A DNA stretch of 64,000 nt from Bacillota bacterium (GTDB lineage Bacteria; Bacillota_I; Bacilli_A; RFN20; CAG-288). Positions within the stretch are counted from its first letter, which is position 1. Each line of letters starts with the position of its first letter. Below the pieces are notes generated by a model, which worked only from the letters and a program-made list of their open reading frames with translations, searched no databases and was not told the origin of the DNA. The stretch spans positions 30,946-94,945 of the forward strand of contig JAEWSP010000018.1 in assembly GCA_023459795.1 (NCBI GenBank). The letters run 5' to 3'. A program made the translations under genes and the position numbers. Of the stretch, positions 1 through 9,059 are shown piece by piece.

Positions 1-244
1 TATTTTTTCAAACAGTTAAAAGCCAAAACTATTTTTAATATTTATTTCTATATATATATACTTTGAAAACTAAATACGTCAATGGCTAAATTAAAATTAT
101 ACAGTATTTAAAAAAGCTACTCTGACATGCCTTTTTCTCTTCCCCTTTTTGCCACTTGTTTTCTTCCTATATCCAAGCAGTGTATAAGAAAGCAACACGT
201 TAGCCGTTCTTTGACGTTTTCTAACTAAAATGGCGGTTATTTTC

Positions 245-272
245 TTGATTCTTTTCCCCTTTGTTGTAGAAT
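245..272 (+). promoter_or_regulatory. Candidate sigma-A promoter for the lipoprotein / alpha-glucosidase genes: TTGATT, 16-nt spacer, TAGAAT
   Basis: Read directly: -35 TTGATT at 245..250 and -10 TAGAAT at 267..272, about 60 nt before the RBS AAGGAGG of the ORF at 335. Confidence 0.35.
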
Positions 273-334
273 AACCACAATGAGAGAAACTTTTCGTTCT
301 CCTCATCAATTCCAAAAGGAGGAATTCGATTTCT

Positions 335-850
335 ATGAAAAAGTCTATCAAGATTGTATCTTTATTTGCAGCTTCTACTCTTCTTCTTGCAGGATGCAAG
401 AAGGCTATGACCCCGGAGCAGGCCAAAGACTATGCCAACAAGAACTACAGCCAGGACACCGTTGATGAGAAGTACAGCGGCTGCTCCTTCACCATGACCA
501 CCAAGGTCAACAAGGCTACCGGTCTATTCGAAGGTCTTGTAAAGGATGACACGGGTTCTGCTCAGACTGGAAACCTTCTTGTCTTAAGTGCCTCTATCAT
601 CACCGACTATACCGATGAAACCGGCATCCAGTTTGCTATCAAGGGAAGCAACATGCTCGTCGATTATACCTACACTGCTACCCTTGGTTCCGCTACTGTC
701 AACTACACCATGGAAGTCACCTACAGCAAGGAAGGTCTTCTTTCCAAGACCGTTTCCAACGGCAAGGCCGAAATCAAGGACAACAAGGTCCTGAAGGATG
801 GAGTCCTCGACATCACCTATACGACCGATTACACCTACACCACCAAGTAG
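335..850 (+). CDS. Hypothetical lipoprotein (signal peptide with LAGC lipobox)
   Basis: N-terminus MKKSIKIVSLFAASTLLLAGC. Strong RBS AAGGAGG 8 nt upstream. Mature part is Thr/Tyr-rich. A rho-independent hairpin follows at about 869..895. Confidence 0.6.
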   Translation: MKKSIKIVSLFAASTLLLAGCKKAMTPEQAKDYANKNYSQDTVDEKYSGCSFTMTTKVNKATGLFEGLVKDDTGSAQTGNLLVLSASIITDYTDETGIQFAIKGSNMLVDYTYTATLGSATVNYTMEVTYSKEGLLSKTVSNGKAEIKDNKVLKDGVLDITYTTDYTYTTK

Positions 851-867
851 CTGTTTCTTAGAACACT

Positions 868-896
868 GGCCGCTGAGAAATCAGCGGCTTTTTTGT
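868..896 (+). terminator. Rho-independent terminator (GCCGCTGAGAAATCAGCGGC followed by TTTTTTG)
   Basis: GC stem plus T-run directly after the stop of the ORF at 335..850. Confidence 0.6.
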
Positions 897-952
897 TTCG
901 GAGATAGGTTTTCGGTTAGAATAAAGAGAACGAGAAAAGGAGAAGACGGAAA

Positions 953-2593
953 ATGGAAACAGATATTCTTAGAAGCCATGCTGTCTATCAGATCTACCCG
1001 ATTTCCTTCTGCGATTCGAACAAAGACGGAAAAGGAGACTTGAAAGGCATCATCAGCAAGCTGGACTATCTTCAGAAGATAGGCATCCATCTTCTGTGGC
1101 TTTCTCCTATCTACGAATCCCCGATGGCCGATATGGGATACGACATCAGCGACTACAGGAAGATCAACCCGATGTTCGGAACCATGGAGGATTTCGATAC
1201 CCTTCTAGCCGAAGCAAAGAAGCGAGATATCCGGATCATCATGGATCTGGTCGTAAACCATACCTCGAACCAGCACCGCTGGTTCAAGGAGGCTTTAGCA
1301 GATCCGAATTCCAAATACCGGGATTACTACTATTTCCGGAAAGGCAAGGAAGGAAAGCTTCCGAACAACTGGATGTCGACCTTCCAAGGCCCGGCATGGG
1401 AAAAGGTCAACGGAGAAGACGACACCTACTATCTCCATATCTTCACGAAGGAACAGCCGGATCTGAACTGGCATAGCGAAGACCTCATCAAGGATGTGGA
1501 GAGCATCCTCTCCTTCTGGCTGGACAAAGGCGTATTCGGTTTCCGCTGCGATGTCATCTCCGGAATCTACAAGGAGAGCCTGGAAGACGGAAAGAAGACC
1601 AAGCACGGACAGAACCAGGGAAGCGAACACTATATCGCCACCCCGGGATGCCATAAGATCCTGCAGAGGCTGAGAAAGGAAGTCATCGATCCCCATCACG
1701 GAATCCTCATCGGAGAATGCATGGGAGCGACCTTGGAGAACATCCCTCCGTTTATCGCTACCCAGGAACTGGATACCTTCTTCTCCTTCGACCATGTTAA
1801 TCTAGGCTCCTCCTCTCTCAAGGAGCTATGCGACGTCAAGAAGTTCAAGAAGATCGTAATGGATTGGCAGACGAAGGTCGAGAACAACGGCGTCTACCTG
1901 GAGAACCATGACCAGCACCGTTCCGTCAACAAGCTTATAGAACCCGGATACGAGAAGGCCGGAAGCAAGATGCTTCTGACGATGATCTATACCCTGAAAG
2001 GCATGCCTTTCATCTACCAGGGGCAGGAACTCGGGGCGATGAACTACCCTGCCGGCTACTTTACGATGGAGGAAACAAACGACGTCGTCGTCCGCAACGT
2101 CTACAAGATGATGATGGGGCTTCACGTTCCGGAAGGATATGCGAAGAAATTCGCCCTCAAGTGCGGAAGAGACGATGCCCGTGCTCCGATGGCCTTCAAC
2201 GGAAGCAAGGGATACGGATTCTCGGATCCCTCTGTCACCCCGTGGCAGAAGTACAACCCGCTTTGCTCCTCCCTCAATGTCGAGGACGAGGAAAAGGATC
2301 CGGATTCCACCCTCTCCTACTTCGAGAAGATCAATCCTCTGAGAGAGAACAATCCGGTCCTCTGCTTCGGGGATATCCAGTTCCTGAAGACCAAGGGAAA
2401 GCTGATGGCTTATACCAGGACCTACAACGGGAAATCCATCCTCGTTCTTCTGAACCTTTCCAAGAAGCAGATGAAGCTGAAGAGAAGCATCAAGGAGTAC
2501 GGACGCCTTACTCCTCTTATCGACAACTACTCCAGTCTTCCTACCGCTGATATCCTTCGTCCGTATGAAGCCAGAGTCCTGGAAATCAATTAG
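953..2593 (+). CDS. GH13 alpha-glucosidase (oligo-1,6-glucosidase / trehalose-6-phosphate hydrolase family)
   Basis: 546 aa with GH13 signature blocks: YQIYPxSF, DGxGDLxG, GYDISDY, DLVVNHTS, GFRxDV, then the catalytic Glu and Asp regions. Confidence 0.85.
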   Translation: METDILRSHAVYQIYPISFCDSNKDGKGDLKGIISKLDYLQKIGIHLLWLSPIYESPMADMGYDISDYRKINPMFGTMEDFDTLLAEAKKRDIRIIMDLVVNHTSNQHRWFKEALADPNSKYRDYYYFRKGKEGKLPNNWMSTFQGPAWEKVNGEDDTYYLHIFTKEQPDLNWHSEDLIKDVESILSFWLDKGVFGFRCDVISGIYKESLEDGKKTKHGQNQGSEHYIATPGCHKILQRLRKEVIDPHHGILIGECMGATLENIPPFIATQELDTFFSFDHVNLGSSSLKELCDVKKFKKIVMDWQTKVENNGVYLENHDQHRSVNKLIEPGYEKAGSKMLLTMIYTLKGMPFIYQGQELGAMNYPAGYFTMEETNDVVVRNVYKMMMGLHVPEGYAKKFALKCGRDDARAPMAFNGSKGYGFSDPSVTPWQKYNPLCSSLNVEDEEKDPDSTLSYFEKINPLRENNPVLCFGDIQFLKTKGKLMAYTRTYNGKSILVLLNLSKKQMKLKRSIKEYGRLTPLIDNYSSLPTADILRPYEARVLEIN

Positions 2594-2618
2594 CCAACCC
2601 GTTGCATAAATAAGAAAT

Positions 2619-2655
2619 TGTTATTGAAAAAGAACCAAAGCATAAGGCTTTGGTT
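2619..2655. terminator. Bidirectional rho-independent terminator between the alpha-glucosidase (+) and the P1B-ATPase (-)
   Basis: GAACCAAAGC-ATAA-GCTTTGGTTC hairpin flanked by A-run on one side and T-run on the other. Confidence 0.6.
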
Positions 2656-2663
2656 CTTTTATT

Positions 2664-4568
2664 CTACTTCTTGTTTTTATTCAGCTTTCCAAGCATGAAC
2701 AGGGCCATGGAACGGAGGACGAGAAGGAAGGTAAGGCCGGTGTCTCCAAGGACCGAGATCCAGAGAGGAAGAGACGGGATGACCAGGTTCAGGATCATGA
2801 TCGTCACCTTCACTAGGATTGCAACAACGACGTTGGAGATTGCCATATTCTTCGTCTTCCCGGAAATCCGGATAAGCTTCTCCAGCTTGCCGGGGTTGTC
2901 ATCCAGGATGACAACATCGGCATTCTCGACAGCCAGGTCGCTTCCAAGCCCTCCCATAGCAATGCCGACATCGGCAAGGGACAAAGAGGCTGCATCGTTT
3001 ACCCCGTCTCCGAGATATGCCATCGTTCCTCCCTTCTTCTCCTTCTCGATCACGTCCGTCTTCTCCTTCGGGAGAAGACCGGAGTAGACAGCATCAATAG
3101 ACAGAGCAGAAGCCAAGGCCTCGGCATTCTGTTTCCTGTCTCCGGAGATAAGGACAGTCCGGATACCTTCCTTCCGTAAAGAAGAGATCAAAGCAGGGAC
3201 TTCTTCCCGCATCGTATCCGAAAGGAGCGCATATCCGGAGTACTCCCCGTCTACGGAAAGATAGAGAGCCGTCCCCTCTCCTTCGCTTTCTTCGATGCTC
3301 TCATCCTCGAGGAAGGATTTCTTTCCTACCTTGAGCTTGTGTCCTTTGTAGGTGCACTTGACTCCCTTCCCTTCGACTTCTTCGTAGTCCGATACAAGGG
3401 AAGGGTTCCCTTGCCTTGCCTTTTCTACCGCAATAGCAATCGGATGGCTGCTTTCCGACTCGGCAGCGGAGAGGTAATCCATAAACGTATCTTCATCAAT
3501 ACCGCGCGGCTTGACCAGGGCTAAAGACATCTTCCCTGTCGTCAAAGTACCGGTCTTGTCGAATCCGACTGTCTTAAGGGAGGCAAGCCTATCGAAGTAG
3601 GTGGCACCCTTAACCAGGATTCCGTACTTCGAAGCCAGGCCTATCCCGGATACATAGCTTAAAGGCACAGAGATAACAACGGCGCAGGGGCAGGAGACGA
3701 CTAGGAAGGATAGGGAGGTATAGATCCATCTCGACCAGATATCCTTGTTTCCGGCACCCTGGATAAGAGGAGGAAGAACCATGACAACGAGGGCAAGAAG
3801 CATAACGATAGGGGTATAGATCTTCGAGAACCTGGTGATGAACCTGTCCGCCTTGGACTTCTTCCCCTTGGCTTCTTCGACTAGCCGGCTCATCTTAAAG
3901 ACGGCAGAATCGGCATATGCTTTTTCTACCCTTGCCTTTGCCTCTCCGTGGGTAAGGATGGTTCCGGATACGATCGGATCCCCTTCCTTCTTTTCCACCG
4001 GGATCGGTTCGCCGGTAAGGGAGCTTTCATCGAACAGACCGTTTCCGGATAGTATCGTAGAATCGCAGAGAACCTTGTTTCCGGCACAGAGAGCAAACAC
4101 ATCTCCGACCTTCATCTCTTCCGGACCGACTTCTGTATAGGTTCCGTCCTTGCCAAGGACCTTTGCCTTCTCCTTCTTTAGATCAAGGGCAGAGGTTACG
4201 GCGTTCCTGGATTTCTCTTCCGCCATCTCGCTGAAGAACTCTCCGACCTGGTAAAGGATCATGACGAGTACCGCTTCGAGGTACTCGTTATGATCCTTTC
4301 CGAAAGCACGAAGAAGGAATGCACCAATGGAGGCAATAGTCATCAAGGAATACTCGTTGAAAGGCTTTCTTTCGGCAAAGGTTTCTTTTAAGGCATTCCA
4401 TACTACATCGTAGGAGATGATAACCCAGGAGGAGAGCATTACAATCAGGTTCACATAGAACGGGAAGTTCTCTTCGTTAAGAAGAAGACTCCCCAAAAGA
4501 GCAAGAGCTAAGGAAGCTGCAATCCTAAGGCAGAGAAGGAAGAGTTCCCTCTTGGTTTCCCCGGCCAT
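2664..4568 (-). CDS. cadA: Heavy-metal (Cd/Zn/Co-type) P1B-type ATPase, CadA-like, without an N-terminal HMA domain
   Basis: 634 aa. Has the SCPCAV (CPC) transmembrane metal site, DKTGTLT phosphorylation motif and GDGVNDAA hinge. No CxxC metal-binding domain at the N-terminus. Immediately downstream of an ArsR/SmtB regulator on the same strand. Confidence 0.75.
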   Translation of the reverse strand: MAGETKRELFLLCLRIAASLALALLGSLLLNEENFPFYVNLIVMLSSWVIISYDVVWNALKETFAERKPFNEYSLMTIASIGAFLLRAFGKDHNEYLEAVLVMILYQVGEFFSEMAEEKSRNAVTSALDLKKEKAKVLGKDGTYTEVGPEEMKVGDVFALCAGNKVLCDSTILSGNGLFDESSLTGEPIPVEKKEGDPIVSGTILTHGEAKARVEKAYADSAVFKMSRLVEEAKGKKSKADRFITRFSKIYTPIVMLLALVVMVLPPLIQGAGNKDIWSRWIYTSLSFLVVSCPCAVVISVPLSYVSGIGLASKYGILVKGATYFDRLASLKTVGFDKTGTLTTGKMSLALVKPRGIDEDTFMDYLSAAESESSHPIAIAVEKARQGNPSLVSDYEEVEGKGVKCTYKGHKLKVGKKSFLEDESIEESEGEGTALYLSVDGEYSGYALLSDTMREEVPALISSLRKEGIRTVLISGDRKQNAEALASALSIDAVYSGLLPKEKTDVIEKEKKGGTMAYLGDGVNDAASLSLADVGIAMGGLGSDLAVENADVVILDDNPGKLEKLIRISGKTKNMAISNVVVAILVKVTIMILNLVIPSLPLWISVLGDTGLTFLLVLRSMALFMLGKLNKNKK

Positions 4569-4571
4569 AAC

Positions 4572-4868
4572 CTACTTCGCCTCCGTGGCGTGGGCATAGA
4601 CGACAGAGAGCAGGGAGCTGACATGGTCATCGGCAAGAAGGTAGAACACCTTTGTTCCGTCCTTCCTGGTAGAGACAAGGTGTGCTTTCCTAAGCACCTG
4701 GAGCTGATGGGAGATCAGGGACTGGCTGGCTCCTACTTCTTCTACCAGCTGGGAGACGTTCTTCTCCTGGCCGATCAGGCAATAAAGGATCTTGAATCTT
4801 GTGGAATCGCTGGCGACGCTTAGAAGCGTCTCCATCCGATCCAATGTTTCTTCATCCGGTAGATTCAT
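4572..4868 (-). CDS. cadC: ArsR/SmtB-family metalloregulator (CadC-like)
   Basis: 98 aa with a winged-HTH ArsR signature (SDSTRFKILYCL ... VSQLVEEVGASQSLISHQLQVLRKAHLV). Its stop lies 4 nt from the ATPase start, so the two form an operon. Confidence 0.75.
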   Translation of the reverse strand: MNLPDEETLDRMETLLSVASDSTRFKILYCLIGQEKNVSQLVEEVGASQSLISHQLQVLRKAHLVSTRKDGTKVFYLLADDHVSSLLSVVYAHATEAK

Positions 4869-4883
4869 ATATCTGCCTCCTTT

Positions 4884-4936
4884 ATGAATGGTGATTCATA
4901 TTTACGCTATTAGTATATATGAATCGTCTTTCATAT
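4884..4936 (-). promoter_or_regulatory. Candidate CadC/ArsR operator: two TGAA-N-TTCA inverted repeats in the cadC promoter region
   Basis: ATGAATggtgATTCAT at 4884..4899 and ATATGAAtcgtctTTCATAT at 4916..4936, 16-70 nt upstream of the cadC start. ArsR/SmtB operators are imperfect TGAA...TTCA-type inverted repeats. Confidence 0.4.
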
Positions 4937-4965
4937 TTCAAGATATTTCTTTCTTTTTTTGAAAA

Positions 4966-4992
4966 ACCCGAGGTATTGCCCTCGGGCCTTTT
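4966..4992 (-). terminator. Rho-independent terminator for the membrane-protein gene at 5013..5510
   Basis: CCCGAGG-tattgc-CCTCGGG hairpin. On the minus strand it is followed by TTTTTCAAAAAAA. Confidence 0.5.
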
Positions 4993-5012
4993 CTCCTATG
5001 TCTTTTCTGCTT

Positions 5013-5510
5013 CTACTTTCTAAACAATGTCTTCTCGGTGTCCCCGTCCGTCTTGATCCTAGCAAAAGCGAATAGAACCAGGAAGAGAAGAGACAGACCG
5101 ATATAGACATAGCTTCCCCAGGAAGCTTCGATGTTCGTATTGGCCTGGCTTAGGAAGATCGGGAAGGCGACAAGGCATCCTAGATGGGCCACGTAGAAGA
5201 TATAGAGAATGACAGCCATCCTCTTTTCATACTTCAGCTCCCTCTGGAAAAGGAAGGAGAGCGGGAACAGAAGGAGAAGAAGGGCAAGACCGAAGGCAGT
5301 ATAAAGAAGATTCGTGGCAATCGTCAGATTGCCTCCCGCTTCCGAAAAGCGGTAGACAGTAAATCCGGCAAGGAAAGTCTTGCCTTCTTTCGTGAAGGTA
5401 TCCATAAGGGGAGCAAACATCCAAAGCATCAGAAGAACAGAGAACAGAAGGGAGAGGTAAAAAGGCAGTCTTCTTCTTTCCCTGAGATAGCTGAAATCTT
5501 TCTTTTCCAT
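5013..5510 (-). CDS. Hypothetical integral membrane protein (about 4 TM helices)
   Basis: 165-aa hydrophobic ORF; no recognisable motif. Confidence 0.45.
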   Translation of the reverse strand: MEKKDFSYLRERRRLPFYLSLLFSVLLMLWMFAPLMDTFTKEGKTFLAGFTVYRFSEAGGNLTIATNLLYTAFGLALLLLLFPLSFLFQRELKYEKRMAVILYIFYVAHLGCLVAFPIFLSQANTNIEASWGSYVYIGLSLLFLVLFAFARIKTDGDTEKTLFRK

Positions 5511-5574
5511 ACGGTCTCCTCCTTAGGGTGGTATCTACGATATAATAGTATATCGTAAGAAAGGCCACTATCTT

Positions 5575-6591
5575 ATGGAAGAAAAGCAGAAGAATGACTC
5601 GGTGTTCATTAACCTTTTCAAGGGAGCTCTCTCCGGGCTTCTTTCGATGGTTCCCTTCCTGGACAGCAAAAGAGCAAGAGAAGACGTCTTAGTCACCTAC
5701 AGTTCCCGTACCTGGTCCTATATCCTCGGGTTTGCCATTGCTTTCTTTGTCTTCTCCCTCCTTCCCATCTCCGTCATGGAGAAGAACTTCTCCTATACGG
5801 TAAGGCTATTGGAAGCCGGATTCCTGTTTGGATCTCTGGTCGTGCTTCTTCTTCTGGTCTTTTTGGACAAGAAGGAGAAGATCGATCTTCTCCCATTTCT
5901 TCTCTCCCTCATAGGCGGAATAGGGATTGCTCTTATTTTCTATTTTGCCTTTACTCCGGCAAAGCTCTTAAGAGATGAAGAGCCGATTGCAGGAGCAGGA
6001 TTCTACAGCGTAATTATTGCCGTTGGTGGATTTTTATGCGGATACGCCGGGATCTCCATCGGATCCCTTCTAGCCGTCTCCGGTTCCTATGTAGGGCTTA
6101 TCGGAGTGATGTATCCGGCCGTCAGCTTTACGAACACGGATAAGAAGTCCGGAATCCTGATTATGGGAATCCTGTTCCTGGCTCTGTTCTCGGGACTGTT
6201 CCTCGGCCTTTATGCCGAAGGCAAAGACAGCAGAAAGAAGAACAAGGAAGCGATGCAGATCGGTTTCCTTCTTCCGATGCTTGTTATCCTGATAGTCTAC
6301 TTCGCCAAGAACAAGCCCCAAGCTATGGCTGACTCCGTCATGGTCCGGAAGCTGGTGAATTCCTGCTCCCTTATCTTCTTCTTCCTGATTGCCTTGATCC
6401 TTGGCTTATCTTCCCTTCTTCCATTATGGAAGGAACATCCTGCCTTCAAGATTTGGAAAAGGAAGAAGGATCTGGTAGACGGGCTTCTTGTGAAGAATGT
6501 AAAAGAAGAGAAGAAAGAAGATGAAAAAGAAAATGCCAAGGCCTTGGATGTCGATAAGCTGAAGAAGGCTTTGGAAGAAGAGGATAAATAG
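5575..6591 (+). CDS. Hypothetical polytopic membrane protein with a C-terminal Lys/Glu-rich tail
   Basis: 338 aa with more than 8 hydrophobic segments. A TATAAT box (5547..5552) lies inside a perfect palindrome CGATATAATAGTATATCG upstream. Stop overlaps the rsuA start (TAGATG). Confidence 0.5.
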   Translation: MEEKQKNDSVFINLFKGALSGLLSMVPFLDSKRAREDVLVTYSSRTWSYILGFAIAFFVFSLLPISVMEKNFSYTVRLLEAGFLFGSLVVLLLLVFLDKKEKIDLLPFLLSLIGGIGIALIFYFAFTPAKLLRDEEPIAGAGFYSVIIAVGGFLCGYAGISIGSLLAVSGSYVGLIGVMYPAVSFTNTDKKSGILIMGILFLALFSGLFLGLYAEGKDSRKKNKEAMQIGFLLPMLVILIVYFAKNKPQAMADSVMVRKLVNSCSLIFFFLIALILGLSSLLPLWKEHPAFKIWKRKKDLVDGLLVKNVKEEKKEDEKENAKALDVDKLKKALEEEDK

Positions 6592-7314
6592 ATGAGGTTA
6601 GATCGGTTTCTGGCAATCCACGGCTTCGGTTCCAGGAAGTCGGCAAAGAAGATGGTCCATAACGGGCATGTCATGGTAAACGGAGAGAAGACGCTCCTTA
6701 ACGACATGCAGATTTCCGGTACCGATAAGATCACGGTCGACGGAAAGGACGTCGAGAACGTTCCTTTCGTCTGCCTGGTCCTGAACAAGCCCCAGAACTA
6801 TGTCTGTTCCATGCTGGACGACCACTACCCGTCCTGCATGAAGCTGATTCCGGACGAATACCAGAAAAGGGTCCGGATGGTGGGAAGGCTTGATGCCGAC
6901 ACGACAGGACTCTTGATCTTCACGGACAACGGAGTCCTCAACTCCCGGCTTGCCAACCCGAAGTTCAAGGTCACCAAGACGTATGCCGTCGAAGTGAACC
7001 ATATCCTGAAGCCGGAGATGGTGGAAGAATTCCAGAAAGGAAATCTCGATATCGGCCAGGGAGACATCGCCGATTCTGCCGTTCTTGTGATCCAGGACGA
7101 ATACCATGCCGAAGTAACCGTCCACGAAGGCAAGTACCACGAGATAAAAAGACTGTTCGGCAAGTTCGGATACGATGTCATCAAACTGAAACGTCTCTCT
7201 CTAGGGCCGGTGAAGCTCGGGGATGTCGAAGAAGGGAAGTTTAGAAAGGTGAGCGAAGAGGAATACGAATCCCTGTTAGAAGCTACCCACCTTATCAAGG
7301 AGGATCAATTATGA
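6592..7314 (+). CDS. rsuA: rRNA pseudouridine synthase, RsuA/RluB family (S4 domain plus PseudoU_synth_2)
   Basis: N-terminal S4 motif MRLDRFLAIHGFGSRKSAKKMVHNGHVMVNG. Catalytic region GRLDADTTGLLIFTDNG with the conserved Asp. Confidence 0.8.
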   Translation: MRLDRFLAIHGFGSRKSAKKMVHNGHVMVNGEKTLLNDMQISGTDKITVDGKDVENVPFVCLVLNKPQNYVCSMLDDHYPSCMKLIPDEYQKRVRMVGRLDADTTGLLIFTDNGVLNSRLANPKFKVTKTYAVEVNHILKPEMVEEFQKGNLDIGQGDIADSAVLVIQDEYHAEVTVHEGKYHEIKRLFGKFGYDVIKLKRLSLGPVKLGDVEEGKFRKVSEEEYESLLEATHLIKEDQL

Positions 7315-7829
7315 ATACTCTCTGCCCGAAATGCGGAAAGGACAATACTTCCACCTTTGTGGATACGAAGCTGAAGACACATGGTTTCTTCTGCGAAGAC
7401 TGCAAGAAGGATTTCGGTGTCGATGACGGCACTGCTTTGAAGAAGAAGGAAGAAGACCTTCTTTCTTTCACATATGACCGGTCCCATGACGGAGAGAAGA
7501 AGACTTTCCGCCTAGTAAGGGATGCAGGCAAGGCAACCCTAACTATCGAAACGGAGAAGGACAAGAAGCGGGACGTATATGAACCTATCGACTTCACTCC
7601 TTATGTCGATTCCTTCCTCTCCCTGCTCTTCGAGAAGCTCTTTGTTTTGGACTGGCCTGAGACAACCAACGGTTTCCTTGTCGGGAAGGATCCCGATACC
7701 TGCACTCTTACCCTCCTATTCAAGGATAAAAGCAGCGTCAGGAAGTCCGGTTTCGTCCGCCTTCCTGTCTACAGCAAGGCACTGGACGAGATCCTCGATT
7801 CCCTTCTCTCCAGCACGAAGGAGGAGTAG
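7311..7829 (+). CDS. Hypothetical protein with N-terminal C4 zinc-ribbon (CPKCG...CEDC)
   Basis: Overlaps the rsuA stop (ATGA); 172 aa; no known domain recognised. Confidence 0.5.
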   Translation: MNTLCPKCGKDNTSTFVDTKLKTHGFFCEDCKKDFGVDDGTALKKKEEDLLSFTYDRSHDGEKKTFRLVRDAGKATLTIETEKDKKRDVYEPIDFTPYVDSFLSLLFEKLFVLDWPETTNGFLVGKDPDTCTLTLLFKDKSSVRKSGFVRLPVYSKALDEILDSLLSSTKEE

Positions 7830-8207
7830 ATGAGAACCGACTTCACGAAGATCTCCTTCTGGAAAAGGAATCCGGACAATGTTGCGGATATCCTGAGGCT
7901 GGAGATCGAATGCCTCGTCGACAAGACTTACCTTCTGAACGTAAACGGAAAAGACCGTTCCCTTCCCAAAGAGGAAGGAGACAAGCTTATAGAAGGTCTT
8001 ATTGCTCTGAAGCTGGGCGAGACGAAGAAGGAAGAGAAAGCCTACCTATACGAAGACAGGCCTCAGGACTACCGGATCAAGTTCTTCCTGGTCTTCTCCT
8101 ATCCGGAAGCCACTTATCTAGCCGTAAAGGGAATCGATCCCTTCGGCCAGAAGAACTACAAGGAGATCCAGGCTCTCTTTGCTCCGCTGTTCAAGAAACA
8201 AGACTGA
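7830..8207 (+). CDS. Hypothetical protein (125 aa), probably co-transcribed with the ORF at 7311
   Basis: Starts at the stop of the upstream gene (TAGATG). Followed by a terminator hairpin at 8209..8240. Confidence 0.45.
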   Translation: MRTDFTKISFWKRNPDNVADILRLEIECLVDKTYLLNVNGKDRSLPKEEGDKLIEGLIALKLGETKKEEKAYLYEDRPQDYRIKFFLVFSYPEATYLAVKGIDPFGQKNYKEIQALFAPLFKKQD

Positions 8208-8208
8208 A

Positions 8209-8240
8209 AGAGGAAGCCCCCAGAAGGCTTCCTCTTTTTC
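8209..8240 (+). terminator. Rho-independent terminator of the rsuA operon
   Basis: GAGGAAGCCCCCAGAAGGCTTCCTC followed by TTTTTC. Confidence 0.7.
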
Positions 8241-8242
8241 AA

Positions 8243-8282
8243 GGCATTAAAAAGAGCCCGGTTACTTGATTCAACAATCAAG
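8243..8282 (-). terminator. Strong minus-strand rho-independent terminator (GCCCGGCCTTGATTGTTGAATCAAGTAACCGGGC followed by TCTTTTT)
   Basis: About 16-bp interrupted stem. The T-run lies on the minus-strand side, so the hairpin ends a minus-strand transcript that crosses the 8.3-9.06 kb ORF-free region. Confidence 0.6.
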
Positions 8283-8329
8283 GCCGGGCCCTAACGTATC
8301 TGACCCATGGGTTGTTCCATATCTTGCCG

Positions 8330-8580
8330 CCCCTTCACCGCGGTTTCCGAATCATCCCGGATCGTATCGCGGTCCCTTCTCGTATCGCCATATTTGCTCA
8401 TATCTCAGTCCCGAACCGTATCGCCGTATCTTAACGAATCGCCTTACCTGATCGTACCTCCGTATCGAATCATATCGCCGTACCTTATCGAATCGCCTCG
8501 TAGAATCTAACCGTATCGCCATCCCTTAACGTATCGCCGTATCGAATCGTACCTCCGTCTCTGCTCATATCGTTGACTCG
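8330..8580. repeat. Degenerate tandem repeat array (unit about 36 bp; sub-motifs CGTATCGCC, CGAATCGCC, CGTACCTCC, CTTAACG) in an ORF-free region
   Basis: Read directly: CGTATCG occurs at least 8 times and CGAATCG several more at roughly 9-12-nt spacing. There are no uniform spacers, so this is not CRISPR-like. Confidence 0.6.
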
Positions 8581-9059
8581 GCTAGTAACGGAACGTTGTC
8601 TCAAACCGTTTCGTACCGCCGTACCTTCTTGGCGAAACACCTTGCGTCCCGGACTTCGAGAAACTAAGACTCACTCATTGACTCGTCTTGCCTCGAAGCG
8701 ACGTAGCTCGTTCCGTCTTTCCGGTTCCACTCATCCGGAACCTTTCCGTATCTAAACAGTGCACTGGCTACTCGAAGACTGACCGGCTCGTCTTGCCTCC
8801 CGGATTTGTATCTCTGACCTTCTTCCCGTATTGCAGAGAAGACCTAAACCAGAGTGGGGATAACGCCTTTAGTCCCAGGAGAGCCGAAACAGCTAGCCTT
8901 CCCTTACCTGCTCGGATGGGTACCCGACGAAATAACATAGTCTCGAAGCGACTATATCATGGCCAATGATATACATATTGAGAGTATCCGACAAAAGGAG
9001 GAGATTATTGCATCCCTTCTAGAAATTTATAGATATTTGACTTCTAATAGGTTAACGAA

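Noticed and set aside
97-426. 109-aa minus ORF at window start
   Set aside because: Overlaps the promoter, RBS and start of the lipoprotein gene. Arg/Lys-rich nonsense.
8330-8580. Possible CRISPR array
   Set aside because: Repeats are degenerate, 7-9 nt core motifs without uniform 30-40-nt spacers. No cas genes.
8266-8969. Four short + strand ORFs (60-93 aa) in the repeat region
   Set aside because: Their peptide repeats (SPYL...) merely mirror the DNA tandem repeat. No RBS, and the frames change. Treated as non-coding.
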